From positions 128,001 through 192,000 of the forward strand of contig JBHLJY010000002.1 of assembly GCA_048887225.1 (NCBI GenBank): a stretch of DNA of 64,000 nt, written 5' to 3'. Every line of letters starts with the position of its first letter. Position 1 is the stretch's first letter. The notes beneath the pieces were generated by a model, which was not told the origin of the DNA, did not search any database, and worked only from the letters and a program-made list of their open reading frames with translations. Of the stretch, positions 10,077 to 20,036 are shown piece by piece. A program made the position numbers and the translations under genes. This DNA comes from Candidatus Hodarchaeota archaeon. GTDB taxonomy: Archaea > Asgardarchaeota > Lokiarchaeia > Sigyniarchaeales > SOKP01.

Positions 10077-11501
10077 TTGAACTCTAAGGTTGCAACTTTA
10101 TTTGAAGAATATATTCCTAGAAAATCAAAATTAGCTTTTGGTGCTCTTAATGGAGCTAATGGAGTTTTATCAGGGATAGCATTTTCGGCTATAACATTTT
10201 ATTATAATGTTAAACTAGGATTGAGCGCCCCTTTAATCGGAATCGCATGGTTACTTTTTGCCATTTGGAATACGATAAATGATCCTCTTTTTGGTTATAT
10301 ACAAGACCGTACAAAATCTGAAAAGTATGGAAGAAGAATACCTTATGTTCGCTTTGGAGCTCCGATTATTGGGATTTTATTTATTATTTGTTGGTTTCCT
10401 TTTGTTGATAAGACTGATGAGTTTGGGCTCTTTTTAAATCTTTTAATTGTACTTCTTTTATTTGATACACTATTTACTATAATAGGGCTTATTGGATTTG
10501 CTTTACCTGCAGAAATGGGCATCACACAAAAAGCCCGCGCTGAAATTGTGACCTATGGAGTAATTTCCACTTCAATTGGATTCATTATTTCATTTATAAT
10601 CCCAGTTTTTCTTTTAACAGGTGACAAGTCTACCAACATTGATCCAATGTTTTTTATTGCAATGATTCTAATTGGAATAATATGCGCCAGCATTATTTTT
10701 ATGAGTAGTTTTTTCTTGAAAGAAAATCTTTATACTCAACTAGAAGAGCCATTAGGATTAATGGATACAATAAAAGAAACACTTAAAAATAAACCATTTT
10801 TAAAATATGAAGTTAGTAATTTTTCTTTTCTACTTGCTCAAACAATTTTTACTACAGGTATATTTTACTATGTTGATTTTGTTTTAAATTTAAGGGGATT
10901 TTTAACGATAGTTCCTTTGTTGCTAATTTTTTTAATGGTATTCATATTTACTCCCATTTTCAGTAAAATTGCTGGAAAACATGGATTAAAAAAAGTTTAT
11001 ATATTTGGTCTTGCATTTACTGGTGTAATTTCTATCAGCTTCTTATTCTTAGGTTGGTCTTTATTAACTGCAATAATTCCATTGCTTTTATTAGGAATTG
11101 GATTTTCTGCATTAATTCTTTTAAGACCTGCTATAATGGCTGATGTTATTGATTTTGACGAAACTCGTACTGGTAAGCGTAGAGAAACGAGTTATGGTGG
11201 AATGAATGCTGTAATTGAAAAACCAGCAATTTCAATAGCAAACTGGATTTTTTTATTTGTAATAGCGTACTTCGGATTTCAAGCAAAAGCACAAACACAA
11301 TCAACAAATGCACAGTTGGGAATAATGGTTGCATTAACGTTAATACCTGCAATTTTTGTTCTGTTTAGTGCATTTGTTATGAAATCTTTCCCTTTAGATG
11401 GTCCAGAATGGAATAATCAAAAATTAGAACTTAAAAAAATCCACGATGAGAAGGAAAAAAAATATATTAAATATCTTAAGGAACAAGGTAAAATCCCATA
11501 A
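10077..11501 (+). CDS. MFS transporter, GPH/MelB family
   Basis: NDPLFGYIQDRTKS..GRRIPY; ADVIDFDE..TGKRRE; many TM segments. Confidence 0.88.
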   Translation: MNSKVATLFEEYIPRKSKLAFGALNGANGVLSGIAFSAITFYYNVKLGLSAPLIGIAWLLFAIWNTINDPLFGYIQDRTKSEKYGRRIPYVRFGAPIIGILFIICWFPFVDKTDEFGLFLNLLIVLLLFDTLFTIIGLIGFALPAEMGITQKARAEIVTYGVISTSIGFIISFIIPVFLLTGDKSTNIDPMFFIAMILIGIICASIIFMSSFFLKENLYTQLEEPLGLMDTIKETLKNKPFLKYEVSNFSFLLAQTIFTTGIFYYVDFVLNLRGFLTIVPLLLIFLMVFIFTPIFSKIAGKHGLKKVYIFGLAFTGVISISFLFLGWSLLTAIIPLLLLGIGFSALILLRPAIMADVIDFDETRTGKRRETSYGGMNAVIEKPAISIANWIFLFVIAYFGFQAKAQTQSTNAQLGIMVALTLIPAIFVLFSAFVMKSFPLDGPEWNNQKLELKKIHDEKEKKYIKYLKEQGKIP

Positions 11502-11523
11502 CTACTAAATAATAGGATAAAAT

Positions 11524-11847
11524 ATGAAAAAGAAAGAAAATGATGAAAATCGCGAAGAAGTCCAAAAAGTTCAAATCATTAATTCAAAGCAAAACCATAC
11601 ATCTTCTTATATTAAAGATAAATTAAAAGAATTAGAATTCGTTGCAGATGAGTTAATTAAGTTTGCTATGTGGAGATGGGAAAAAACTCCAAATAAGAAG
11701 GATAAAATATTAAAAGAAACAGAAGAGTGGTTAACTCAGAGAATCGGACACGGATCAATTGGACCAGCAACAGCGGCAGCGGAACCATTATTAAGAGAAA
11801 AACTAGAGGAATTGCGTTTATTATTTAAAAAAGTATTTTATAAATAA
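11524..11847 (+). CDS. Hypothetical protein
   Basis: 107-aa ORF co-oriented between two clear genes. Confidence 0.6.
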   Translation: MKKKENDENREEVQKVQIINSKQNHTSSYIKDKLKELEFVADELIKFAMWRWEKTPNKKDKILKETEEWLTQRIGHGSIGPATAAAEPLLREKLEELRLLFKKVFYK

Positions 11848-11903
11848 AATAAGAACATAATACATTTTGTAATTGATAAATTAGATATTTTATATCATAA
11901 ATA

Positions 11904-12425
11904 TTGAGTACTAATATGATGATAGACCCAGAATTATTTTTAGAATTTTTGAAAGGAAGAAGGTCGATAAGGAATTTTCAAAGCAAACCTCTTTCCGATA
12001 AAGATATAGATATGATTCTAGAGGCTGGTAGATGGACCCCAAGTGCATCTAATGTACAACCATGGGAATTTATTGTAATTAAAAATCGAGAAATCTTAAA
12101 GCAAATTTCTAAAACAGGAATTTATGGAGGCCCTCTGAGAAAAGCACCCATGGGAATTGCGATAGTAGGAAAAAAAAAAGAAAATCCCAATTGGTATATT
12201 CAAGATACATCCTTAGCTTCTATGAATATGATGTTAATGGCTTGGACTCTAAATATTGGTATGTGTTGGATGGGAAATATGGATAGAGAATTCGCTAAAG
12301 AGTTGTTAGGGCTAGGTAAAGATGATTTTCTCTTAACAATTTTAGCTACAGGATATATTAGAGGACAAATTCCTAAGCCAAGTCTTAGAAAAAGCTTAGA
12401 TGAAATAAAAAGAGAAATAATATAA
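11904..12425 (+). CDS. Nitroreductase family protein
   Basis: RRSIRNF, PSASNVQPWEF. Confidence 0.92.
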   Translation: MSTNMMIDPELFLEFLKGRRSIRNFQSKPLSDKDIDMILEAGRWTPSASNVQPWEFIVIKNREILKQISKTGIYGGPLRKAPMGIAIVGKKKENPNWYIQDTSLASMNMMLMAWTLNIGMCWMGNMDREFAKELLGLGKDDFLLTILATGYIRGQIPKPSLRKSLDEIKREII

Positions 12426-12446
12426 AATCTATATTAATCTTTATCC

Positions 12447-13613
12447 TTAAATGGGTATTGTAACCTCGTTAAGTTCTTCAGGTGCTCGAGTGAGTTTCAT
12501 ATTTCCATCATCAGTGATTAAGACACTATCAGAGTGCCGAAAGCCACCTATGCCAGGAATATAGATTCCGGGTTCAATGCTGACTAACATCCCAGGTTCA
12601 AGTTTCCGATCATAACCTTCAGCAATATACGGTGCTTCGTGTCCGGTGATTCCTAAACCATGTCCCGTGCGATGAATGATATAATCTCCATATCCTCGGG
12701 CAGTGATGAATTTCCGCACAGCCTTATCAATCTCATTCATTAGAACCCCAGGCTTGGCGAGTTCATATGCTAAAGCCCTGGCTTCAAACATAACTTCAAA
12801 AGGTTTCTTGGCGTTCTCAGGAACAAATCCTAAAAAAAACGTTCTTTCAACCTCTACTCCGTAGCCATCTATTTGACCGCTCACAATGGAGACATGAGGT
12901 CCCCCATCCTCCATCTCTTGAAAGATAGTGGGAATTTTATGAGGATCATGAGAGATTTTTGGTGGCCAAACAGCTCCAACAACTCTTGTTACAATCATAT
13001 TTGCGTTAGGAATATCTGCTATAATCTTTTTCGTCATAGCACTCGTTACTTCTTGGTATATTACGAATTCCAGCACCTTAGGTTTGCAAACCTTCAATAG
13101 AACTTTATGGCCTTTATTTACTACTCGGCAGGCATGAATGGTCCGCCCAATCTCGTAATCGGATTTTATGAGCCGCACCTCCTCTACAATATCAGATATT
13201 ATTTTCTTTCCGGGTGTTTTTTCATAAATTCCCATAGGCATGGCTGATTCTATTCCAACGCAGGTATTCTCCTTAACAAGAGAGCGATAATAGTCAAACC
13301 AATTCTTTCCTTCAGGTGCAGGAAACTCGTAATAGCTTAAGAAATCTAAATCGCACCGAGCTCGAGTCTCGACGTGGACTTTTTCTAATAGAGGGACCAC
13401 CATTTTTGGAGTTTCCTTTTTTGTAATAACTAAAATAAAAGGACGCTCGTGGACGTAATTGGCAAAATTGGTAAGGAAATATATGTTAACAGGGTCGAAT
13501 GAGACATAATAATCTAAGTTCTGTTCATCCATTAAACTTCTCACCTTTTCTAATCGGTGAGATAATTCCTCTCGGCTTGGAGGTGATGTAATAGGTTTAA
13601 GGTTCCTATTCAT
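12447..13613 (-). CDS. M24 Xaa-Pro peptidase / creatinase family
   Basis: HRTGHGLG..HEAP, SIEPGIY, GFRHSD. Confidence 0.88.
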   Translation of the reverse strand: MNRNLKPITSPPSREELSHRLEKVRSLMDEQNLDYYVSFDPVNIYFLTNFANYVHERPFILVITKKETPKMVVPLLEKVHVETRARCDLDFLSYYEFPAPEGKNWFDYYRSLVKENTCVGIESAMPMGIYEKTPGKKIISDIVEEVRLIKSDYEIGRTIHACRVVNKGHKVLLKVCKPKVLEFVIYQEVTSAMTKKIIADIPNANMIVTRVVGAVWPPKISHDPHKIPTIFQEMEDGGPHVSIVSGQIDGYGVEVERTFFLGFVPENAKKPFEVMFEARALAYELAKPGVLMNEIDKAVRKFITARGYGDYIIHRTGHGLGITGHEAPYIAEGYDRKLEPGMLVSIEPGIYIPGIGGFRHSDSVLITDDGNMKLTRAPEELNEVTIPI

Positions 13614-13767
13614 TTTATTTAACCTCTTATCTCACGATATTTATCTTAATCTTCTAAAAAAATTAACTAATATTTATTAATTAGGATCTTAAATTTAATA
13701 TATTTTAATGTAAAAGATTTATATAAGGACAAAAAAGTTTAAAACTGTTTTTATAAGAAATAAACCG

Positions 13768-14520
13768 ATGTTATTCGAAAAATTAAATGAAGTAGAGCAT
13801 CTAACTGGTATATTTGGAATTATTTCTACGTGCACAGCTTTTTTATTAGGTATTATTGTTCTATACAAAGCGATTGATACAAAACAAAAGTTACTTTTCC
13901 TTTTCTTTTTAACTGTGACATGTACGGCTTCTCCTTGGTATCCCAGTGGATTAGGATATATCTATTTGTTAATTACTGGCAACACATTTGATTATCGATT
14001 TTATATTTTATTAGGAACTGTTTTAATTCCCATTGCAATACACGCTTGGCTAACAATATATATGACAATTATTTTTCCTAAGAAAAAGAATTTAGTTTTA
14101 ATTCTTTATGGTGTTATTGCTATAATTTTTTATATTTATCTGTTTTATTTTCTTTACCTTGCTCCAGGAGCTCCAATAGAGAATATGATTGGAATTAAAA
14201 GAACCATAATTGATATAGATTATAAAGGTTTTGTTCTTGTTTATCTATTAATTTTAATTATAACTACTATTATTACAGGTATCCATTTTTCTTTGATTTC
14301 AATGAGAACAGATTCAATTGTAGTAAAATGGAAAGGTAAATTTTTATTGGCAGCGTTTATTTCCTTTGGTATTGGGGCGTTCATAGATGGTTTACTTGAG
14401 TTATCCATAATCACCTTAATTATATGTAGATTAATCATCCTGTTTTCAACACTCTTCTTTTATATAGGATTTATTATGCCTAAATGGATGAAAAAAATTA
14501 TTGATTTATCGAAGGCTTAG
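13768..14520 (+). CDS. Multi-pass (~7 TM) membrane protein, unknown function
   Basis: About seven hydrophobic segments; no soluble domain. Confidence 0.7.
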   Translation: MLFEKLNEVEHLTGIFGIISTCTAFLLGIIVLYKAIDTKQKLLFLFFLTVTCTASPWYPSGLGYIYLLITGNTFDYRFYILLGTVLIPIAIHAWLTIYMTIIFPKKKNLVLILYGVIAIIFYIYLFYFLYLAPGAPIENMIGIKRTIIDIDYKGFVLVYLLILIITTIITGIHFSLISMRTDSIVVKWKGKFLLAAFISFGIGAFIDGLLELSIITLIICRLIILFSTLFFYIGFIMPKWMKKIIDLSKA

Positions 14521-14634
14521 GCATCATAATTTATTTAATTAGAAAAAAGATACAATCAAAAAGAGGCATAGAGATTAAAGAAATCATGAAAATTTCGCCT
14601 AAATCAGTATCTTTCGAAGAAAAAAATAAATAGA

Positions 14635-15534
14635 TTAGCTTAAAATATAACCATTTTTTTTTTTTTCAATTAATTTTTTTTTTAGAAATTTATCAAAATG
14701 CTTTTCAATCATTATTCTTTCAGCTATTATTTCGTATGTTTCCCATTCACTGTATCTTTTATATATAATATTTTTTTTAATCAAATCCTGTGGGTTTAAT
14801 GGAGTCTTTTCTGAAAGATACGACAAAACACATTCGTCATTTTTATATATAATTGATTTATAATTCTCTAATTCTTCTTTTATTAGTTTCTTACCTTGAA
14901 ATATTCCTTTATGACCTGAAATTGCGAGTTCTATATCTATATTCTCTAATTTTTCTACAGATTCTTCATAATCAATTAAGTTTGAATCAATACACCCATA
15001 AAAAAGAAACCTCGTGAGATCAATATCCGCTAAAAAAGCAATTTTTGAATTTTTTTCGTAAAAACAACAATGACCCGCGGTGTGACCAGGAGTATGAATC
15101 ACTTTTAATAGATAATTGTTAATTTCAATTAGTTCATTATGTTCTATCGTTTTACTTATTTCGGTATTTTCTATTTTATACCCTTCTATTATTGGATCTA
15201 ATGCATTTTCTGCAATTGTACCATCAAGGCCGTAATACGGGATCATTTTATTTATATCTTCTATAATGTGCTTATCATCACCGTGGCATAAGTATATAGC
15301 ATTTTTAAATAATCTATTACCTGAGATATGATCTTCGTGCCAATGACTTAAAATTATGCGATTTACGGAGAAGTTTCTTTTTAATTTGCGTAAATGTTTG
15401 CTTGAAACTCCTGTATCAATTAGATAATCTCCAATTAACATTGAGTGGGAATATGGATATCTTCCATCCCTTTCACCTCTAATAAAAAAAATGTCCTTAA
15501 ACTCATCTGATAAAGGTTGTATAATATCCTTCAA
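14635..15534 (-). CDS. Metallo-beta-lactamase fold hydrolase
   Basis: SHWHEDHISG, HTPGHTAGH, SGH. Confidence 0.9.
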   Translation of the reverse strand: MKDIIQPLSDEFKDIFFIRGERDGRYPYSHSMLIGDYLIDTGVSSKHLRKLKRNFSVNRIILSHWHEDHISGNRLFKNAIYLCHGDDKHIIEDINKMIPYYGLDGTIAENALDPIIEGYKIENTEISKTIEHNELIEINNYLLKVIHTPGHTAGHCCFYEKNSKIAFLADIDLTRFLFYGCIDSNLIDYEESVEKLENIDIELAISGHKGIFQGKKLIKEELENYKSIIYKNDECVLSYLSEKTPLNPQDLIKKNIIYKRYSEWETYEIIAERIMIEKHFDKFLKKKLIEKKKNGYILS

Positions 15535-15636
15535 AAAAAATGCCTCAATTAAGAGAATTGGTTATGATAAAGATTTTAATCTCTTAAATTTTTACATTTA
15601 ATACGTTAATTTTAAAGTTTCTATATTATTATTAAA

Positions 15637-15834
15637 TTATTTTAATGCGTAATAGCAACGTTTAGGAGAATGAACCTTACCCTGTTCTCTTAATTCTTTA
15701 ATAATTTTAGAAACTTCTTTTGATTCGATACCAGTTTGCTTTGCGATATCTCCTGGTCGTAAAGGCTTATTAGAATTTTGGAAAACTTGCAACACTTTAT
15801 CTTTATCAGTCATTATATTTAACACTAATTTCAA
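15637..15834 (-). CDS. Small winged-helix protein (likely starts at MTDK)
   Basis: PLRPGDIAKQTGI...VSKIIKELREQGKVHSPKRCYY. Confidence 0.75.
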   Translation of the reverse strand: MKLVLNIMTDKDKVLQVFQNSNKPLRPGDIAKQTGIESKEVSKIIKELREQGKVHSPKRCYYALK

Positions 15835-15870
15835 TATTTTATTAAATTTAATTCCTATATTTTTTAAAAA

Positions 15871-17355
15871 TTAATAACTCTTAGCAAGATACACCGTACA
15901 TGACGCAGGCTCTCCACAAATAATACAGCTTGCAAATTCATGTTTTTCTTCATCCATGCGTTTTCCTCTTACAAACGCTCCAATTTCTTTTTCAACAAAT
16001 TCGGCACATCTATATCCCTTATTATCTATTGAGCAAAAACCACAACAAACTATTTTCCCATTTTTTATTGCTTCCATAGCTGAATCTTTTTCATAACATA
16101 TCTCTATTTGAGACTCGAAATCTAACATTTTTTTGTCTTTAATTTCTTTTGTATAATTCTTCGCAATATTTTCTATGAATGATTCAATTTCATTATTTTT
16201 TACGGTGAATTTTTGCCCATCATGTCTTTTTACTACGACTACTTGATTGTTTTCAACGTCTTTTGGTCCAACTTCAATTCTGAATGGTACACCTTTCATT
16301 TCCCAGTAATAAAATTTACTGCCAGGAGATTCATCAGAATCGTCAAATTTTACTATAAATTTATCTTTAATTGTCTCATAAACTTCTTTACATTTTTTTA
16401 AGACAATCTTCTCTTTTCCTTTAATTAATATTGGAACTATAACAATTTGCACAGGTACTAAGTCGAATGGCAAAATTAATCCTTTATCGTCCCCTAAATA
16501 AGCAATCATCGCACCATAAATTCTGCTTATGGCGGGTCCATAACAAGTTTGATACCCATATTTTTCTTTTCCATCCTTATCAACAAATTTGACTTTAAAA
16601 GGTTTTGAAAAGTTTTGACCAAGATAATGCGTAGATGGTAATTGTAATACTCTACCTGACCCCATAAGCGCATCTGCGGCATAAGTGTTCACAGCTCCGC
16701 TAAACTTATCCCATTGAGGTCGTTCAAAGAAGATGATTGGAAGTGCGAATTCATCTTGAAGTATTTGATATGACATTTCCATATCCTGATGGACTTGTTC
16801 CATTGCTCCTTCCTCGGTGGCAAAAACATCGTGAGATTCTATCCAATGGAATTCCCTCCCTCTAAAAAATGGTCTTGTCATTTTACCCTCATAACGCCAT
16901 ACTTGACACGATTGATATCTTTTAAATGGTAAATCTTTATAACTACGGATCCAAATGCTATACATGGGATATATTACCGTTTCGCTAGTTGGGCGAAGGG
17001 CTAATCTTTCAGTTAGAGGACCAGAACTTCCTGCTTCAGTAACCCAAAATACTTCTGGAGCAAACCCTTCTACATGTTCTGCTTCTAACATAAGATTGCT
17101 CTCAGGAATTAAAGAAGGCATTGTTAAGGGCAGATGACCATTCTTTTCTAATAATTCTTCGTATTTTTGATACATTTTCTTAATTGTAATAGTTGCCCAA
17201 GATCTATAACAGACAAAACCCTTGATATTATATCTAATATCTGCCAGTTCAGCTTTATTAATAACTTCTGTATACCAAGCTGAGAAATCCTCTTCTTTTG
17301 AAACTGTTATTCCAGTTATTGGAGATTCTTTCTTCTTTTTAGCCATAGTTATCAT
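15871..17355 (-). CDS. proS: Prolyl-tRNA synthetase, archaeal/eukaryotic type
   Basis: EAEHVEGFAPEV, LALRPTSET, GQNFSKPF, C-terminal AKSY. Confidence 0.96.
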   Translation of the reverse strand: MITMAKKKKESPITGITVSKEEDFSAWYTEVINKAELADIRYNIKGFVCYRSWATITIKKMYQKYEELLEKNGHLPLTMPSLIPESNLMLEAEHVEGFAPEVFWVTEAGSSGPLTERLALRPTSETVIYPMYSIWIRSYKDLPFKRYQSCQVWRYEGKMTRPFFRGREFHWIESHDVFATEEGAMEQVHQDMEMSYQILQDEFALPIIFFERPQWDKFSGAVNTYAADALMGSGRVLQLPSTHYLGQNFSKPFKVKFVDKDGKEKYGYQTCYGPAISRIYGAMIAYLGDDKGLILPFDLVPVQIVIVPILIKGKEKIVLKKCKEVYETIKDKFIVKFDDSDESPGSKFYYWEMKGVPFRIEVGPKDVENNQVVVVKRHDGQKFTVKNNEIESFIENIAKNYTKEIKDKKMLDFESQIEICYEKDSAMEAIKNGKIVCCGFCSIDNKGYRCAEFVEKEIGAFVRGKRMDEEKHEFASCIICGEPASCTVYLAKSY

Positions 17356-17442
17356 TTAAATGAATTATCCAAAAATTAAATATTTAATGAGAAGTAGAAC
17401 AATTGAATCGACTTCTAATTAATAATGATATCATTATCCTTA

Positions 17443-18207
17443 TTAATTATCTGGTAATAGATGGGCATTTGTAAGTACATAGGTATCTAGAATTTTCACT
17501 TCATACCCCTTTGATTCTAAATATTTTTTTAATTCTTCTCCAATTTTCTTCAATTTTTGCAAGTCAGCTGACTCGACAGAATAGCTTATTACCGATTTAG
17601 CTGATTTTAATAAATTTATTTCGTCAGAGCTACTTGCTATGTTAATACTAACTTTGTCGGCACCAGTAACCTTTGCTATTTTTTTAATCTCTTCTTCTAA
17701 TGAGCCAAATGTAAAGAATTCTCTACTCTTTTTATCAAATTTTTCTGATATTATCCTTTCTAAATTTTCCCTTGTCTGCTTATCGTAAAAAGAAGTTAAT
17801 TCAAGTTTACAGATGTCTCTATATTTTCCTTCTATTAAATAGTTTTTATGTTCAATAAATTTTATTATTGTTTCATAATATTCTTGTGAAATTTTTTGAA
17901 AATTTTCAACATTTCTAATAAAATCAGTTAAATAATCAATTAAATCGAAATAAAATTTTAACACAGATTTAATGTTTAATTTTTCATTCATATCCTTTAT
18001 TTCTGGATAATATTGTTTAAGTATAAGATTTATATTTTTATTAAAATCAGCACAAACTTTTGCGATATTATCTACAACCGCAATGGATCTCTTATTTAGC
18101 AATTCAAGCAAATAACCTTCCCATTGAGGTAATTCTTCTTTAAATATCTCGTTAATCTTATTAAGGTATTTTTTCTCAATATAAGACATATGTAAAAAAA
18201 ATAACAT
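17443..18207 (-). CDS. Hypothetical protein (likely start ATG 18189)
   Basis: Long ORF, no recognised motif. Confidence 0.65.
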   Translation of the reverse strand: MLFFLHMSYIEKKYLNKINEIFKEELPQWEGYLLELLNKRSIAVVDNIAKVCADFNKNINLILKQYYPEIKDMNEKLNIKSVLKFYFDLIDYLTDFIRNVENFQKISQEYYETIIKFIEHKNYLIEGKYRDICKLELTSFYDKQTRENLERIISEKFDKKSREFFTFGSLEEEIKKIAKVTGADKVSINIASSSDEINLLKSAKSVISYSVESADLQKLKKIGEELKKYLESKGYEVKILDTYVLTNAHLLPDN

Positions 18208-18287
18208 TATTTATTTATAACATTATTTAATAAAGAAATAAGAAGAATGCATAATGAAAACAAACTACTATTAAAAGGGAGAAGTAT

Positions 18288-18698
18288 ATGAAAATAAACC
18301 TGCATCACGCTCATTTATTTGCCTCAGATATTAATGAAAGCATCCAATTTTATCACGACATGTTCGGAGCAGAGGTTCTATTCGATCTAGAAATGGCAGG
18401 GGCCCGAAATGTGATGATTGCCATTGGATCCTCAAAAATAAACTTCTACGATCAGCCGCCAAAAGACCAAGGGAGGGGTATTGTTCATCATTTAGGGATC
18501 GAAACAGACGACTTGGAAGCTCTCGTAGAACATATGAAGCGCAAGGGCTTTGAGTTTAAAAGATCGATCAAAAATTTTGGGGTATGGAAATATGTCATGG
18601 TGGAGGCTCCAGATCACATACTTCTGGAAGTTTTTGAGGTTGTAAAGAAAAAAATATCCAAGGATCAATACAAAACAATCTCGTCGTTAAATCCCTAG
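18288..18698 (+). CDS. VOC/glyoxalase family protein
   Basis: LHHAHL...FYHDMFG, HHLGIETDD, APDHILLE. Confidence 0.88.
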   Translation: MKINLHHAHLFASDINESIQFYHDMFGAEVLFDLEMAGARNVMIAIGSSKINFYDQPPKDQGRGIVHHLGIETDDLEALVEHMKRKGFEFKRSIKNFGVWKYVMVEAPDHILLEVFEVVKKKISKDQYKTISSLNP

Positions 18699-18841
18699 AT
18701 CTAAATATTTAATGTGCCCTTTTATACTCCATGATGTTTTATCAGAGTTTATTTCTTAATAAATTTAAAGATTTATTTTAAAAAAAATGAAAAAAAAATA
18801 AAAAAAGCAAACAAAAAGTAGTTCCAAAAAAAAATCGAATT

Positions 18842-19753
18842 TTACAGCTTATTTTTGATTTGTTTTGAACGAGATCTCAAGGTAACTTCAGTCACCTTTG
18901 CAATTTCCGAAACCTCAGCTTGAGTCTTTCTGCAGTTGCTTGCTTTCGCTGCCATATAAATTACAGAAGCAGCTAATCCTTTAGGGTCCTTTCCGGTTCT
19001 TAAAAGACCATTCTTCGAGGCTTGAACTAACATGTTAATCGCTTTCTTTTGCGTCTCCATTGGCAACCCTAAGTCGTTTCCAAAACGAAAGACTAATTGT
19101 TCTGCGGTAATTGGTTTGTATTTCAAATTGAGCTCTGGAAGCACTTCTTTCACAACCATCCCTAAAGAGCGATGTACAGTTCTTCTAGGAGTCATAGAAG
19201 CTTCGCATACTTCCTCAAGTAATCTTGGAAACTCATGTACTCTTATTGCAGCGTACAGAGAAGCGCTAATGAATCCGTCAATTGATCTACCCATCGTGAG
19301 TTTTTTCCTCGCTACAACGGAATAAATCTTCCAGGCAGTCTCTTTGATATATTCAGGTGTATTAAGCTTGCTAGTAAGCATTTTTAACTTAGGTTTTGCC
19401 TCCCAGAAATTCCTTTCAATTGAAGAAATTAAAGAATTTTGAATTTTTGATAATCTAGAAAATAGCGTCTTGCCTTTAGCACCGATTAAACGCCCTTTGC
19501 TGTCAATCTTACTATTAGGTAACATTGTACGAGGTCCGAATTCTCTCCATCGAGGTTCAGTACGTCTTCGTTTGTTTACCTCTTCTACTGTATAAGCTCT
19601 TCTTTCATTTCCAACGAGGTTTCTCCCGATAACCATTCCACAATTTAAACAAATGTTGTCCCCATCTTTAGCCTCGATACTAGGAGTGTTACAGCATTGC
19701 TCTACATCCTGTATTTCTTTTTTGGAACTTTTTAATCGATCTTTATAACTCAT
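18842..19753 (-). CDS. tfb: Transcription initiation factor B
   Basis: N-terminal Zn ribbon (CC...CLNCG), two cyclin repeats, GKDPKGLAAS, VTEVTLRSR. Confidence 0.93.
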   Translation of the reverse strand: MSYKDRLKSSKKEIQDVEQCCNTPSIEAKDGDNICLNCGMVIGRNLVGNERRAYTVEEVNKRRRTEPRWREFGPRTMLPNSKIDSKGRLIGAKGKTLFSRLSKIQNSLISSIERNFWEAKPKLKMLTSKLNTPEYIKETAWKIYSVVARKKLTMGRSIDGFISASLYAAIRVHEFPRLLEEVCEASMTPRRTVHRSLGMVVKEVLPELNLKYKPITAEQLVFRFGNDLGLPMETQKKAINMLVQASKNGLLRTGKDPKGLAASVIYMAAKASNCRKTQAEVSEIAKVTEVTLRSRSKQIKNKL

Positions 19754-20036
19754 AGTTTTTCACTTTCCCGATATTTGACATTGATCAAATTATACTTTTT
19801 AATCAACGGTTTTTTATTTTCGATAGTATTTTTTTCTATCTCAGTAATTATTTTTTTTCTTTTTTAATATTCTTTATTTTTATTATTATTTAAATATGTT
19901 GTTCTTTTTTGGTCTTTTTAGTGAGCAACAGACATGTTTTTCCCATTGTTTTCCCACATTATTTCATCATTTGTGAATAATTGCTGTTCTCATGATTACC
20001 AAAAAAATCTAAATTAATATATTTGTTTGTTATTAG

